DNA from: Candidatus Latescibacterota bacterium
GTDB lineage: Bacteria > Latescibacterota > UBA2968 > UBA8231
Length of the DNA stretch: 64,000 bases
NCBI GenBank assembly: GCA_965221775.1
Contig: CBDCSU010000006.1
Coordinates: forward strand, 2,496,001 to 2,560,000
Direction: 5' to 3'
Shown: in pieces, positions 55,255 to 64,000 of the stretch
How the letters are laid out: the number at the start of each line of letters is the position of its first letter
Numbering within the stretch: position 1 is the stretch's first letter
Notes under the pieces: model-generated
Told to the model about the DNA's origin: nothing
Databases searched by the model: none
The model's input: the letters and a program-made list of their open reading frames with translations, nothing else
Translations under genes and position numbers: made by a program

Positions 55255-56606
55255 CCCGCGCTCCGGACCGCGTCCTCATCGTCGACGACGAGTCCCGCAT
55301 CCGGAAGATCGTCACCCTCCTGCTGCGGGAAGAGGGGCTCGACCCGCGGTCGGTGGAGTCCGGGGAAGCCTGTCTGAAGGCCGTGGCGGAAGAGCCGCCG
55401 GACCTCGTGCTGATGGACCTCACCCTCCCGGGCAGGGACGGCCTCGAGACGATGGCCGGCCTGCGCGCCGGGGGATGGGACGGCGAGGTGGTGATGATGA
55501 CCGCCTTCGGCAGCGTCGCCACGGCGGTGCGCGCCATCCAGGAGGGGGCCTTTCACTACCTGGAGAAACCGTTCGACAACGACGAGCTGCTCTCCCTGGT
55601 GCGCCGCGCCCTGGAGCGGCGCCGGCTGCGCGGAGAGGTCGCCGCCCTGCGCGAGCAACTGGACGAGCGCTACGCTCTCGACAATGTCGTCGGCATCAGC
55701 GGCCCGCTGCGGGCGGTCTGCGCCCAGGTGACGCGGGTGGCGCCGACGGAGGCCACGGTCCTGGTGGAGGGGGAGAGCGGCACCGGCAAGGAGCTGGTGG
55801 TGCGCGCCCTGCACAACCTCAGCCGGCGCCGGGAGGGTCCCTTCGTCGCCCTGAACTGCGCCGCCCTGCCCGCGAGCCTGGTGGAGAACGAGCTCTTCGG
55901 CCACGAGCAGGGCGCCTTCACCGACGCCCGCAGCCGCCACGAAGGCCGGTTCGAGCAGGCCGGCGGCGGCACCCTGTTCCTCGACGACGTGAGCGAGCTG
56001 CCCACGGAGGTGCAGGCCAAGCTCCTGCGGGTGCTCCAGGAACGCGAGATCAGCCGCATCGGCGGCACCGCCGCCATCCCCGTGGACGTGCGCATCGTGG
56101 CGGCCACCAACAGTGACCTGCAACAACAGGTAGAGGCAGGAGGATTCCGGGAAGACCTGTTCTACCGCCTGAATGTCGTCTCCCTGCGTCTGCCCCCATT
56201 GCGGGACCGCCTCGAAGACCTGCCCCTGCTCGTGGAGCACTTCCTGCAAAAGGCCGGTTCGGAACTCGAGCGGCCCCTGGAAGGGGTCACCCCCGGAGCG
56301 ATGGACCTCCTGCGGTCCTACGCCTGGCCGGGCAACGTCCGCGAGTTGGAGAACGTCATCCGCGGCGCCGCCATCCTCTGCGGCGGCCAGCAGCTGGACG
56401 AGACGGACCTGCCGCCGCGCCTGCGGCGGCCGTCCGTGGCAACCCCCGCGGGCACCCTGGCCGAACGTCTGGCCGTGGTCGAGCGGCAGGCGATCGCCGA
56501 GGCCTTGGCCGAGGAGGACCACAACCGCACGCGCGCCGCCGCCCGGCTCGGAATCACGCGCAAGACGCTGCTGGCCAAGATCACCGCCTACGGGCTGGAG
56601 TCGTAG
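55251..56606 (+). CDS. Sigma-54-dependent response regulator (NtrC family)
   Basis: Receiver domain IVDDE/MD; GESGTGKE, GAFTDA, GTLFLDD, FREDLFYRLNV, WPGNVRELEN, Fis-type HTH. Confidence 0.94.
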   Translation: MTRAPDRVLIVDDESRIRKIVTLLLREEGLDPRSVESGEACLKAVAEEPPDLVLMDLTLPGRDGLETMAGLRAGGWDGEVVMMTAFGSVATAVRAIQEGAFHYLEKPFDNDELLSLVRRALERRRLRGEVAALREQLDERYALDNVVGISGPLRAVCAQVTRVAPTEATVLVEGESGTGKELVVRALHNLSRRREGPFVALNCAALPASLVENELFGHEQGAFTDARSRHEGRFEQAGGGTLFLDDVSELPTEVQAKLLRVLQEREISRIGGTAAIPVDVRIVAATNSDLQQQVEAGGFREDLFYRLNVVSLRLPPLRDRLEDLPLLVEHFLQKAGSELERPLEGVTPGAMDLLRSYAWPGNVRELENVIRGAAILCGGQQLDETDLPPRLRRPSVATPAGTLAERLAVVERQAIAEALAEEDHNRTRAAARLGITRKTLLAKITAYGLES

Positions 56607-56757
56607 CCGCCTCGATCGGTCCGATGGCGGGGCCGCCTTGTGTGTGAAAGCGGATCCGCAGCTCAGCGTTGCCAGGCACTGCGGCCGGACCTGTCGGACT
56701 CTATCGGACCAGATGAGCAGCTCAGGGAGGGCCTTGCTCGGAGCCGGTTGCGGTACA

Positions 56758-56772
56758 ATCGCATATTGAGAT
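56758..56772 (+). promoter_or_regulatory. Putative higBA operator (imperfect inverted repeat)
   Basis: ATCGCA-TAT-TGAGAT between TTGCGG and TATTCT boxes upstream of higB. Confidence 0.5.
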
Positions 56773-56784
56773 ATTCTTCCACAG

Positions 56785-57072
56785 ATGCACGTAATCTCGC
56801 GCAAAGCTCTCCGAGCGTTCTGGGCACAGCATCCCGACAGTGAGAAACCTCTGAGTCGCTGGTTCAAAATCATGCGGCAGACTCAGTTCAGGAGTTTCAC
56901 GGCGTTGCGCCACACTTTTCCTTCGGCCGACAGGGTCGGCGAATTCGTCGTGTTCAACATCTCTGGCAACAAGTACCGGCTGATTGCATCGATTCACTTC
57001 AATCGCGGCAAAGTGTACATCCGTCATGTGCTTACACACCAAGCCTACGATCGCGGAGGATGGACAACATGA
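56785..57072 (+). CDS. higB: HigB toxin (mRNA interferase)
   Basis: MHVISRKAL..FW..HP, FPSAD.V, VFNI.GNKYRLI, LTH..YD. Confidence 0.92.
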   Translation: MHVISRKALRAFWAQHPDSEKPLSRWFKIMRQTQFRSFTALRHTFPSADRVGEFVVFNISGNKYRLIASIHFNRGKVYIRHVLTHQAYDRGGWTT

Positions 57073-57467
57073 GTGTCATTACCCCACAGCTTCAGCGATC
57101 CTGGACGCGAGTGAGTTCGTTACTCAAGATTCAGAACGAGCAGGAATACGACGAGGCTCTGGCGCGGCTCCACAGCCTGATCGATGAAGTGGGGACAGAC
57201 GAGCATCATCCGCTTTATTCTCTGCTCGATACGCTGGGCACCGTTGTCCAAGCTTGGGAAGAACAACATCATTCCATGCCCGACTTGGAGGGGGCGGATC
57301 CACTGCGGTTCCTCATGGAGGAGCATGAGTTGACCCAGTCAGATTTGCCGGAGGTGGGGTCCCAAGGAGTGGTTTCTGAGATTCTGGGCGGCAGGCGCGA
57401 GCTGAACGTCCGGCAGATACGTGCTCTGTCCAAGCGGTTTGGCGTGTCACCTTCAGTGTTCCTATAG
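57069..57467 (+). CDS. higA: HigA antitoxin (HTH)
   Basis: [40 protein letters not shown]; ATGA coupling. Confidence 0.92.
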   Translation: MSVITPQLQRSWTRVSSLLKIQNEQEYDEALARLHSLIDEVGTDEHHPLYSLLDTLGTVVQAWEEQHHSMPDLEGADPLRFLMEEHELTQSDLPEVGSQGVVSEILGGRRELNVRQIRALSKRFGVSPSVFL

Positions 57468-57499
57468 GGCAAGGCTCAGGTGAGGAGGAACCAAGTGCC

Positions 57500-57799
57500 A
57501 TGAAGAATCCGCCCCACCCCGGCAAGGCCGTGCGCGTGTCCTGCCTGGAGCCGCTGGGCCTCAGTGTCACCCAGGGAGCGAAGATCCTCGGTGTCAGTCG
57601 GCAGGCCCTCTCGAACCTGGTGAATGGTCACGCCCGCATATCCGGTGACATGGCTGTCCGCCTGGCAAAGGCCTTCGGCTCGACGACGGAGACCTGGATA
57701 CGACTCCAGGCGGCCTACGATGTTGCGCAGGCGAAGGCTCGCGAAAAGGAGATAGAGGTGGAGCGCTACGAACCGAGCATGCTCGAGGCCGCCCGCTGA
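57500..57799 (+). CDS. HigA/VapI addiction-module antidote (orphan)
   Basis: [37 protein letters not shown]. Confidence 0.9.
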   Translation: MKNPPHPGKAVRVSCLEPLGLSVTQGAKILGVSRQALSNLVNGHARISGDMAVRLAKAFGSTTETWIRLQAAYDVAQAKAREKEIEVERYEPSMLEAAR

Positions 57800-57861
57800 C
57801 AAAGGCGAGGCAGGTCTTCACGACGGTACATGGCCACGTGCCAGGAACGGAGCCGCCCATC

Positions 57862-58044
57862 ATGAATCCCGAGTACTGCCCGCGCTGCCGCGCCTCCCGC
57901 AACGTCTCCGTGTTGACCACGCGCCGGCGAGTGACGCTCCCCGGCGGAGGCGTCCGCCCCGTCCGCACCCGCAGCTATCACTGCTCCAGCTGCCGTCAGT
58001 TCATCCGCAGCGAGGAGGTGGAGGAAGGGGAGCCCGCCTCGTGA
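57862..58044 (+). CDS. Small zinc-ribbon protein
   Basis: YCPRC and YHCSSC; stop overlaps the SDR start. Confidence 0.65.
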   Translation: MNPEYCPRCRASRNVSVLTTRRRVTLPGGGVRPVRTRSYHCSSCRQFIRSEEVEEGEPAS

Positions 58045-58787
58045 GCGCCGCGGGACCGGGGGACCGGCCCCTCCACGGCAAGGTCGCCGTCGTCACCGGG
58101 GCCGGCCGCGGCATCGGACGGGCCATCGCCCTCGCCTACGCCGAGGCGGGCGCCGCGGTCTGCTGCACGGCCCGCACGCGGGAGCAGATCGAGGATACCG
58201 CAGACCGTATCCGCGGCGCGGGCGGGACCGGGATCGCCGTGGCCGCCGATGTCACCGATCCCCGGGCCGTGGAGATGATGTTCGACACAGCGGCGGAGGC
58301 CCTGGGCGGAATCGACATCCTGGTGGCCAATGCCGGCGGCGTCCTCGAGTCGAAGCCGGTCACGGAGGGAGACCCCGCCCTCTGGGAGGCCACGGTGGCC
58401 GTGAACCTCTTCGGCGCCTACCACTGCATCCGCGCCGCCATCCCCCACCTGAAGCGGCGCGGCGGCGGCAAGATCCTCACCCTGGGCTCGGGCATGGGCC
58501 ACAACGGCCTGGCCGGACACTCGGCCTACTGCTGCGCCAAGGCCGCCCTGTGGATGCTGACCCGGGTCAGCGCCCGCGAGCTGTGGGCCGACGGCATCAG
58601 CGTCAACGAGCTGATCCCCGGGCCGGTGCTCACCGACGCAACCCGCGGCGGCGGCGCCGTCGCCGGTATCGACAGCGAGTGGGTGAAGTCCCCGGAGGAT
58701 GTGGTGCCCCTGGCCCTGTTCCTGGCCACCCAGCCGGAGGTGGGGCCCACGGCGCAGAGCTTCAGCCTCATGCGCCGCGACGGCTGA
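58041..58787 (+). CDS. SDR oxidoreductase
   Basis: TGAGRGIG, ANAG, YCCAK, VNELIPGP. Confidence 0.9.
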   Translation: MSAAGPGDRPLHGKVAVVTGAGRGIGRAIALAYAEAGAAVCCTARTREQIEDTADRIRGAGGTGIAVAADVTDPRAVEMMFDTAAEALGGIDILVANAGGVLESKPVTEGDPALWEATVAVNLFGAYHCIRAAIPHLKRRGGGKILTLGSGMGHNGLAGHSAYCCAKAALWMLTRVSARELWADGISVNELIPGPVLTDATRGGGAVAGIDSEWVKSPEDVVPLALFLATQPEVGPTAQSFSLMRRDG

Positions 58788-58928
58788 CCTGCAAGCCTCG
58801 CAGGTCCGGTGGCGCGCCGGGGGCCGCAAACCCGCGGTCGCGGCGCCCCGAACCTGAATCTCTTTGGGCGTGGTCCCCGGGCGAGTGCGTTGCCGTCTCC
58901 CGGCGAGAAGCGCCGGCGGCGTCCAGGA

Positions 58929-60332
58929 TCAGAGGGGCGGCCGTTCCTGGCTCCAGGGGGCGAGCTGCTCGAAGGCCCGGGCGGCTCGCAGGACGGTGAG
59001 GTCCTGGCGCCAGCCGCCGATGATCTGCAGGCCCACGGGCAGACCGTCGACGAAGCCGCAGGGCACGGTGGCGGCCGGCAGGCCGGTGAGGTTCACCGGG
59101 TAGGTGAAGGCCGTCCAGCTCAGGTAGGTGGTCTCGCGGCCGGCGATCGAGCCCGGGTGGTCGCCGCCGGCGGCGAAGGCGGTCACCGGCAGGGTCGGTG
59201 TCAGCAGCAGGTCGCGGCTCTCGAAGAACTCCCGCCAGAGGTGGTAGTAAGGGTTGCGCTCCAGGTAGGCGGCGGCCACGTCGGTGCCGCGGAAGCGGAA
59301 GCCCTCCTCGATGACGGCCCGCAGGCCGGGGTCGAGGCGGTCGGCGATGTTGTCGAAGTCGTCGCGGAAGGTGGCGGCGAAGGCGGTGGACCACAGGGTG
59401 TGGAGGAGCCGCCAGGGGTCGTCGGTCTCCGGGTGCGCCTCCTCGAGGGTGCACCCGAGGTCCTGGAACCGTAGGGCCGCGGCCCTGGCGGTCTCGACGA
59501 CCCGGGGGTCGACGGCGGCGTACCCGAGGTCCGAGGACCAGGCCGCGCGCAGCCCGTCCACCCCGCCCTCGATCTGGTCCAGCGCCACGGGCTCGGCCGG
59601 CATGGAGGTGCGGTCCCTCGCGTCGGGGCCGGCCATGGTCTGCAGCATGAGCACGGCGTCGCCCACGGTGCGCGTGATCGGCCCGGCGTGGGACAGGGTC
59701 TCCACGACGCTGGCCGGGTGCTGGGGTACCCTCCCCCAGGAGGGCTTGAAGCCGAAGGCGCCGCAGAAGGCGGCGGGGATGCGGATCGAGCCGGCGCCGT
59801 CCGTGCCCTGGGCCAAGGGCCCCAGCCCCGCCGCCACCGCCGCCGCGGCGCCGCCGCTGGAGCCGCCGGGGGTGCGCCCGTGGCGCCAGGGGTTGTGGGT
59901 CGGTCCGCAGACGCGGTTGCCGGAGTCCCCCTTCCACCCCAGCTCCGGGGTGTTGGTCTTGCCGAGGAGGACCATGCCGGCGTCGCGCAGGCGTTCGGTG
60001 AGGGGCGCGTCGAAGTCGGGGACCCAGTCGGCGGTCAGCAGCGAGCCCCGGGTGGTGCGGATGCCCCGGGTCGCCGTCAGGTCCTTCAGGGAGCCGGGGA
60101 TGCCTGACAGCGGCGGTATCTGATCGCCGCCGCCGGCGTACGCGGCCTCGGCGGCTCTCGCTTCGGCCATGGCGCGCTCGGGCGTGACCGTGACGAAGGC
60201 GTTGAGCCCGGCGTCGACAGCCTCGATGCGGCGCAGCGCTGCTTCGGCGACCTCCACCGGGGACAGCTGCCGGCGCCGGTAGAGCCGCCGCAGATCGAGG
60301 GCGGAGTGATAGCAGAGATCCGTGTCGTTCAT
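58929..60332 (-). CDS. Amidase signature family enzyme
   Basis: SLKDL, GKTNTPE, GGSSGGAAAAV, GTDGAGSIRIPA, GLPVGLQI. Confidence 0.92.
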   Translation of the reverse strand: MNDTDLCYHSALDLRRLYRRRQLSPVEVAEAALRRIEAVDAGLNAFVTVTPERAMAEARAAEAAYAGGGDQIPPLSGIPGSLKDLTATRGIRTTRGSLLTADWVPDFDAPLTERLRDAGMVLLGKTNTPELGWKGDSGNRVCGPTHNPWRHGRTPGGSSGGAAAAVAAGLGPLAQGTDGAGSIRIPAAFCGAFGFKPSWGRVPQHPASVVETLSHAGPITRTVGDAVLMLQTMAGPDARDRTSMPAEPVALDQIEGGVDGLRAAWSSDLGYAAVDPRVVETARAAALRFQDLGCTLEEAHPETDDPWRLLHTLWSTAFAATFRDDFDNIADRLDPGLRAVIEEGFRFRGTDVAAAYLERNPYYHLWREFFESRDLLLTPTLPVTAFAAGGDHPGSIAGRETTYLSWTAFTYPVNLTGLPAATVPCGFVDGLPVGLQIIGGWRQDLTVLRAARAFEQLAPWSQERPPL

Positions 60333-61321
60333 GTCAGCACTACCTCCCGACCGGTGCGGGACGACTCCAGGCAAGCCGTCATGACCTCCACCAGGTGGCG
60401 GGAGTACTCGGCGGTCACCGGTGGCTCCGTCCCCGCGTCGATGGCCTCCACGAAGGCCTGCAGCTGACGCGCCGTGGTGTCGTGGTCCTCGCTGACCGTC
60501 ACCTGCTCCCAGTTGCCCTCTCTTCCCACGAAGACGTCCTCCCGTCCGGACTGGATGCCCTTGCGCAACTGGATCATCCCGTCCGTGCATACGAACTCGG
60601 TGCTGAAGCGGGTGCCGCCCGTCCTCCACCACACGTGGATGAGGGTGGCGTGGACCCCGTTCTCGAACTGCAGCAGGGCCATGGCCACGTCGTCGGCGGA
60701 GAACTCGAAGAAGCGGCTGTCCACCAGGGCCTTGACGGCGGCGACGCGGCTGCCCGTCCACCAGCAGGAGCGGTCGATGAGGTGGATGCCGTTCTGGTAC
60801 CACAGTCCGCCGTAGGTGGCCTTGTCGAGATACCAGGCCCGCCTCTCGGGCTTGAAGGGCCGGTAGGCCTCGTCGCAGAGGCAGACCAGATCGCCCAGGC
60901 TGCCTTCGACCAGGAGCTTCTTCACGGCCCGGTTCTGGGGCGAGAAGTGGTGCATGTGGCCCACCGTGAGCTGCCGGCCCGAGCGGCGGGCGGCGTCGAT
61001 CATGGTGTCGCACTGCTCGACGTCGACGGCCATCGGTTTCTCCACGAGCACGTGCTTGCCCGCCTCCAGGGCGGCCACGGCGGCCTCGCAGTGCAGGCCG
61101 TGGGGCAGGCAGACGATGGCCACGTCGACCCGGTCGTCGGCGAGCAGCTCCTGGTACGTGGAATAGCCGCGGCAGCCGTGTTCCGCGGAGACGCGGTCCC
61201 GGGCCTCCGCGCGGGTGTCGGCCACGGCCCGCACCTGCGTAGATTCAAGGGCCGCCGCCGCCCGCAAGTGCGCCCCGGCGACGCTGCCCGCTCCGATGAT
61301 CCCGATGCCGTGCATGCGCAT
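60329..61321 (-). CDS. Gfo/Idh/MocA oxidoreductase
   Basis: GIIGAG, GKHVLVEKPMA, GG...NGIHLID. Confidence 0.9.
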   Translation of the reverse strand: MRMHGIGIIGAGSVAGAHLRAAAALESTQVRAVADTRAEARDRVSAEHGCRGYSTYQELLADDRVDVAIVCLPHGLHCEAAVAALEAGKHVLVEKPMAVDVEQCDTMIDAARRSGRQLTVGHMHHFSPQNRAVKKLLVEGSLGDLVCLCDEAYRPFKPERRAWYLDKATYGGLWYQNGIHLIDRSCWWTGSRVAAVKALVDSRFFEFSADDVAMALLQFENGVHATLIHVWWRTGGTRFSTEFVCTDGMIQLRKGIQSGREDVFVGREGNWEQVTVSEDHDTTARQLQAFVEAIDAGTEPPVTAEYSRHLVEVMTACLESSRTGREVVLT

Positions 61322-61389
61322 GCCTCGAATGCTAACGACGCCCTCCCCCGTGCCTCAAGCTCGCCACGCGGCGGCCGGCCCGAGCTGAC

Positions 61390-61596
61390 ATGCCGCGCCT
61401 CGACGCCACGGCCCTGCAGAGGGTGATGCTGCGCCGGAACTTCCTCTTCAAGCACCAGCTGGCCAACCAGGTCGGCATCAGCTACGACCGTCTGACGGCG
61501 ATCCTCGTCGGCGGCGAGACCGAGGTGGAGGAGGAGATCGTCGCCCGTCTGTGCGCCGGACTGGACTGCGAGGCTTCGGAGATCCTGGTGAAATGA
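61390..61596 (+). CDS. Small Cro/C1-type HTH protein
   Basis: QLANQVGISYDRL..I, RLCAGLDC...EI; high-GC3 frame. Confidence 0.7.
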   Translation: MPRLDATALQRVMLRRNFLFKHQLANQVGISYDRLTAILVGGETEVEEEIVARLCAGLDCEASEILVK

Positions 61597-61676
61597 GGGG
61601 ACGCGCGGCGAAGGGCATCTCTCGAGGGGGCCCGGCCAGGACTGGCCGGCGGCGAAGCGCGTCGCCGGAGAGCCGG

Positions 61677-62903
61677 ATGAGCTCCAAGGCCAGGGCCGAC
61701 AGCGGCCGGCTGCGCGCCGCCTGGGGCGATCCCGTCGACGAAGGCGCCGTGCGCCAGATCCACGCCTGCATGGCCGACGGCACGGGCGCCGTGGGCGGTG
61801 TCCTGATGGCAGACCATCACCTCGGGTACTCCATGCCGGTGGGCGGAGTCGTCGCCTACGAGGACCGCATCTCGCCCTCGGGCGTGGGCTACGACATCGC
61901 CTGCGGAAACAAGGCGGTGCGCGTCGGCCTCACCGCCGCCGAGGTGCGGCCGCGGATCGCGGAGCTGATGGACGAGATCTGGGAGACCATCTCCTTCGGC
62001 ATCGGCCGCAGGAACAAGGAGCCGGTGGAACATCCCCTCTTCGACGACGATCCCGCCTGGAGCATCGACGTGGCGGCGGGCCAACGCAGCCTGGCCCGGG
62101 GACAGCTCGGCACCGTGGGCGCCGGCAACCACTACGTCGACGTCTTCGCCGACGAGGAGGACCGCATCTGGGTCGGCGTCCACTTCGGCTCCCGCGGCCT
62201 CGGCCACCGGCTGGCCACGCACTTCATGCGCCTCGGGGGCGGGTCCGACGACTTCCACGCGCCTCCCGTGCTCTTCGCCGTGGACTCCCGGGCGGGGGAG
62301 GAGTACCGCGCCTGCATGGAGCTCGCCGGCCGCTACGCCTACGCCGGCCGCGACTGGGTCTGCGAGCGCGTCTGCGGGATCCTCGGATCGCCGGCCCTGG
62401 AGGAGGTCCACAACCACCACAACTTCGCCTGGCTCGAGGAGCACGAAGGCCGCAAGGTCTGGGTCGTGCGCAAGGGCGCGACGCCCGCCTTCCCCGGGCA
62501 GCGGGGCTTCATCGGCGGCTCCATGGGCGACGTCTCCGTCATCGTGGAGGGGGTCGACACCGAGGAAGCGGCCAGGGGCTACCGCTCCACCGTGCACGGC
62601 GCCGGCCGCGTCATGTCGCGCACGGCCGCCGCCGGACGCGTGCGCTGGAAGAAGGGGAAGGGGGGCCGCAAGAGGCCCGTGGTCGTCAAGGAGGGCCGGA
62701 TCAGCCGCCGCATGATGGAGGACTGGGTCCGCGACTGGGGCGTGGAACTGCGCGGCGCCGGCACCGACGAGTCGCCCCACTGCTACAAGCGGCTGCCGGA
62801 GGTGCTGGAGCACCACGCCGGCTCGATCCGGGTGCTGCACACGCTCAAGCCCCTGGGCGTGGCCATGGCCGGTCCCGAGACCCACGACCCGTACCGGGAC
62901 TAG
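61677..62903 (+). CDS. rtcB: RNA-splicing/repair ligase RtcB
   Basis: MADHHLGY..PVGG, GVGYDIACG, GTVGAGNHY, HFGSRG, HNHHN, VRKGATP, HGAGR, DE.P..YK; alternative start 61593. Confidence 0.93.
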   Translation: MSSKARADSGRLRAAWGDPVDEGAVRQIHACMADGTGAVGGVLMADHHLGYSMPVGGVVAYEDRISPSGVGYDIACGNKAVRVGLTAAEVRPRIAELMDEIWETISFGIGRRNKEPVEHPLFDDDPAWSIDVAAGQRSLARGQLGTVGAGNHYVDVFADEEDRIWVGVHFGSRGLGHRLATHFMRLGGGSDDFHAPPVLFAVDSRAGEEYRACMELAGRYAYAGRDWVCERVCGILGSPALEEVHNHHNFAWLEEHEGRKVWVVRKGATPAFPGQRGFIGGSMGDVSVIVEGVDTEEAARGYRSTVHGAGRVMSRTAAAGRVRWKKGKGGRKRPVVVKEGRISRRMMEDWVRDWGVELRGAGTDESPHCYKRLPEVLEHHAGSIRVLHTLKPLGVAMAGPETHDPYRD

Positions 62904-63012
62904 CCTCCAGGCCAGTGTGGTGACGCCCCGGCCGAGCGCCGTGCTGCGACCCCCCGGGCGGTTGCGGGACCGCCGTCCCACGTAACCGCAGCGCACGCCC
63001 GACTGGCGCAAC

Positions 63013-63999
63013 TCAGCCGGTCCCCTGATCGGCCCGCGGCACCCACCTCGGGTGATCCGCACCCCGCCCGTCTGTCCCCCGGGTGAGGAGCCGCTGATTC
63101 CGCCCATCCGCATCGGCCACCCAGACAGCCGGCGGTTCACCCGTCTTCGCCCGGCAGAAGACGATCTGCCTGCCGTCGGGTGACTCGCTCTGGCGGAAGT
63201 CCCAGACCGGCGGGTCCGAGCGGGTGAGCTGCACAAGCGCCCCGTCGCCCGGATCGATCCGGCAGATCTCGGTGCCGCCGCGGGCCAGCTCCGGCTTGAA
63301 ATCGCGGTTGAAGTGGTCCATGTCCGGACGCTGCGGCTGGTGCTCCCAGGCCACCTTGGAACCGGCCAGGCGGCGCGACACCAGGATCGACCCGTCCCGT
63401 GACCAGACCGGCATGTTGGAACCGCCCCCCTTGGTCTCGGGAGAGCCGTAGGACGCCCCGAACCACAGGGCCTGCCCGTCGGTCAGCTGCCGCTGCTCGG
63501 AACCGTCCGGGCGGTTGATGAACAGATCGGACCAGTCGTGGCCGGAGTCGTGCCGGTAGAGGCATCCCTGGTACACCAGCCACTCGCCGTCCGCGGACCA
63601 GTTCGGACCGAAGAACAGGTACTCCTCGTGAGCCGCCACCAGGACGCGGTTCCCCCCGTCCACGTCGCTGGTCCAGATCTGGTACCCCGAGGGACTGACG
63701 AGGTGGAAAGCGATCCGGCTGCCGTCCGGGCTGAGACTGAGCCCGTACGCCAGGCCCTCGCCCGCCTGCGTCACCTCGCGCGCATCCGTGCCGTCCAGGT
63801 TCATGCTGTAGGCCTGGGCCGTCCTGTCCGCAAAGATGACCTGCACGAGCATGCGCCCGTCCCTCAGCAGGAGGTACGGCTGCTGGGAGACGGCCAGGCG
63901 CTCGCGGGTGAGTATCTCCTCGAGCACGTCCCGCTCGGGATCGTAGATCCAGGTGTGCGTGGGTGTCAGGTGGTAGTACTCGTCGAAGGACTTGCCCGG
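63013..63999 (-). CDS. TolB-like beta-propeller protein (5' end off the window)
   Basis: SPDGSRIAF, WSADG, SPDGRQIVF repeats; frame open to the window end. Confidence 0.85.
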   Translation of the reverse strand, partial: PGKSFDEYYHLTPTHTWIYDPERDVLEEILTRERLAVSQQPYLLLRDGRMLVQVIFADRTAQAYSMNLDGTDAREVTQAGEGLAYGLSLSPDGSRIAFHLVSPSGYQIWTSDVDGGNRVLVAAHEEYLFFGPNWSADGEWLVYQGCLYRHDSGHDWSDLFINRPDGSEQRQLTDGQALWFGASYGSPETKGGGSNMPVWSRDGSILVSRRLAGSKVAWEHQPQRPDMDHFNRDFKPELARGGTEICRIDPGDGALVQLTRSDPPVWDFRQSESPDGRQIVFCRAKTGEPPAVWVADADGRNQRLLTRGTDGRGADHPRWVPRADQGTG

Positions 64000-64000
64000 C

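Noticed and set aside
58786-58925. GC-rich hairpins between the SDR and amidase genes
   Set aside because: Short stems without a U-tract or riboswitch consensus; compatible with chance or a simple terminator
1-64000. tRNA, rRNA, integrase, transposase or selenocysteine read-through
   Set aside because: None recognised by eye; the TGA stops examined coincide with family C-termini or coupled starts

Overview
High-GC bacterial chromosome segment; FlgD/NYPNPFN-type sorting domains, TonB receptors and TolB/LRR lipoproteins suggest an FCB-group lineage such as Ca. Latescibacterota (inference only). Positions 1-37.7 kb and 58-64 kb are mostly housekeeping or catabolic genes: TonB receptors, rmlD and GT2 glycosylation genes, glycoside hydrolases, ddl, htpG, proA, birA, amidase and rtcB. 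There is a clear TPP riboswitch-TonB receptor-thiamine pyrophosphokinase locus. Positions 37.8-57.8 kb look accessory by eye. The strongest candidate for an undescribed system is there: an exact sigma-54 (-24/-12) promoter ahead of one ABC ATPase, four permease paralogues in A-B-A'-B' order, a soluble GAF histidine kinase and an NtrC-type activator. Across the window, toxin-antitoxin loci show repeated toxin-specific decay: HEPN with its catalytic motif deleted, a PIN toxin stub, HicA with two frameshifts and an orphan HigA, all beside intact antitoxins. Other oddities are an apparent ATC start codon, a large acidic repeat insertion in HtpG and a tiny His/Tyr/Cys-rich secreted cargo. No CRISPR array, rRNA, tRNA, integrase or transposase was recognised. 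All calls come from reading motifs by eye; no searches were run.
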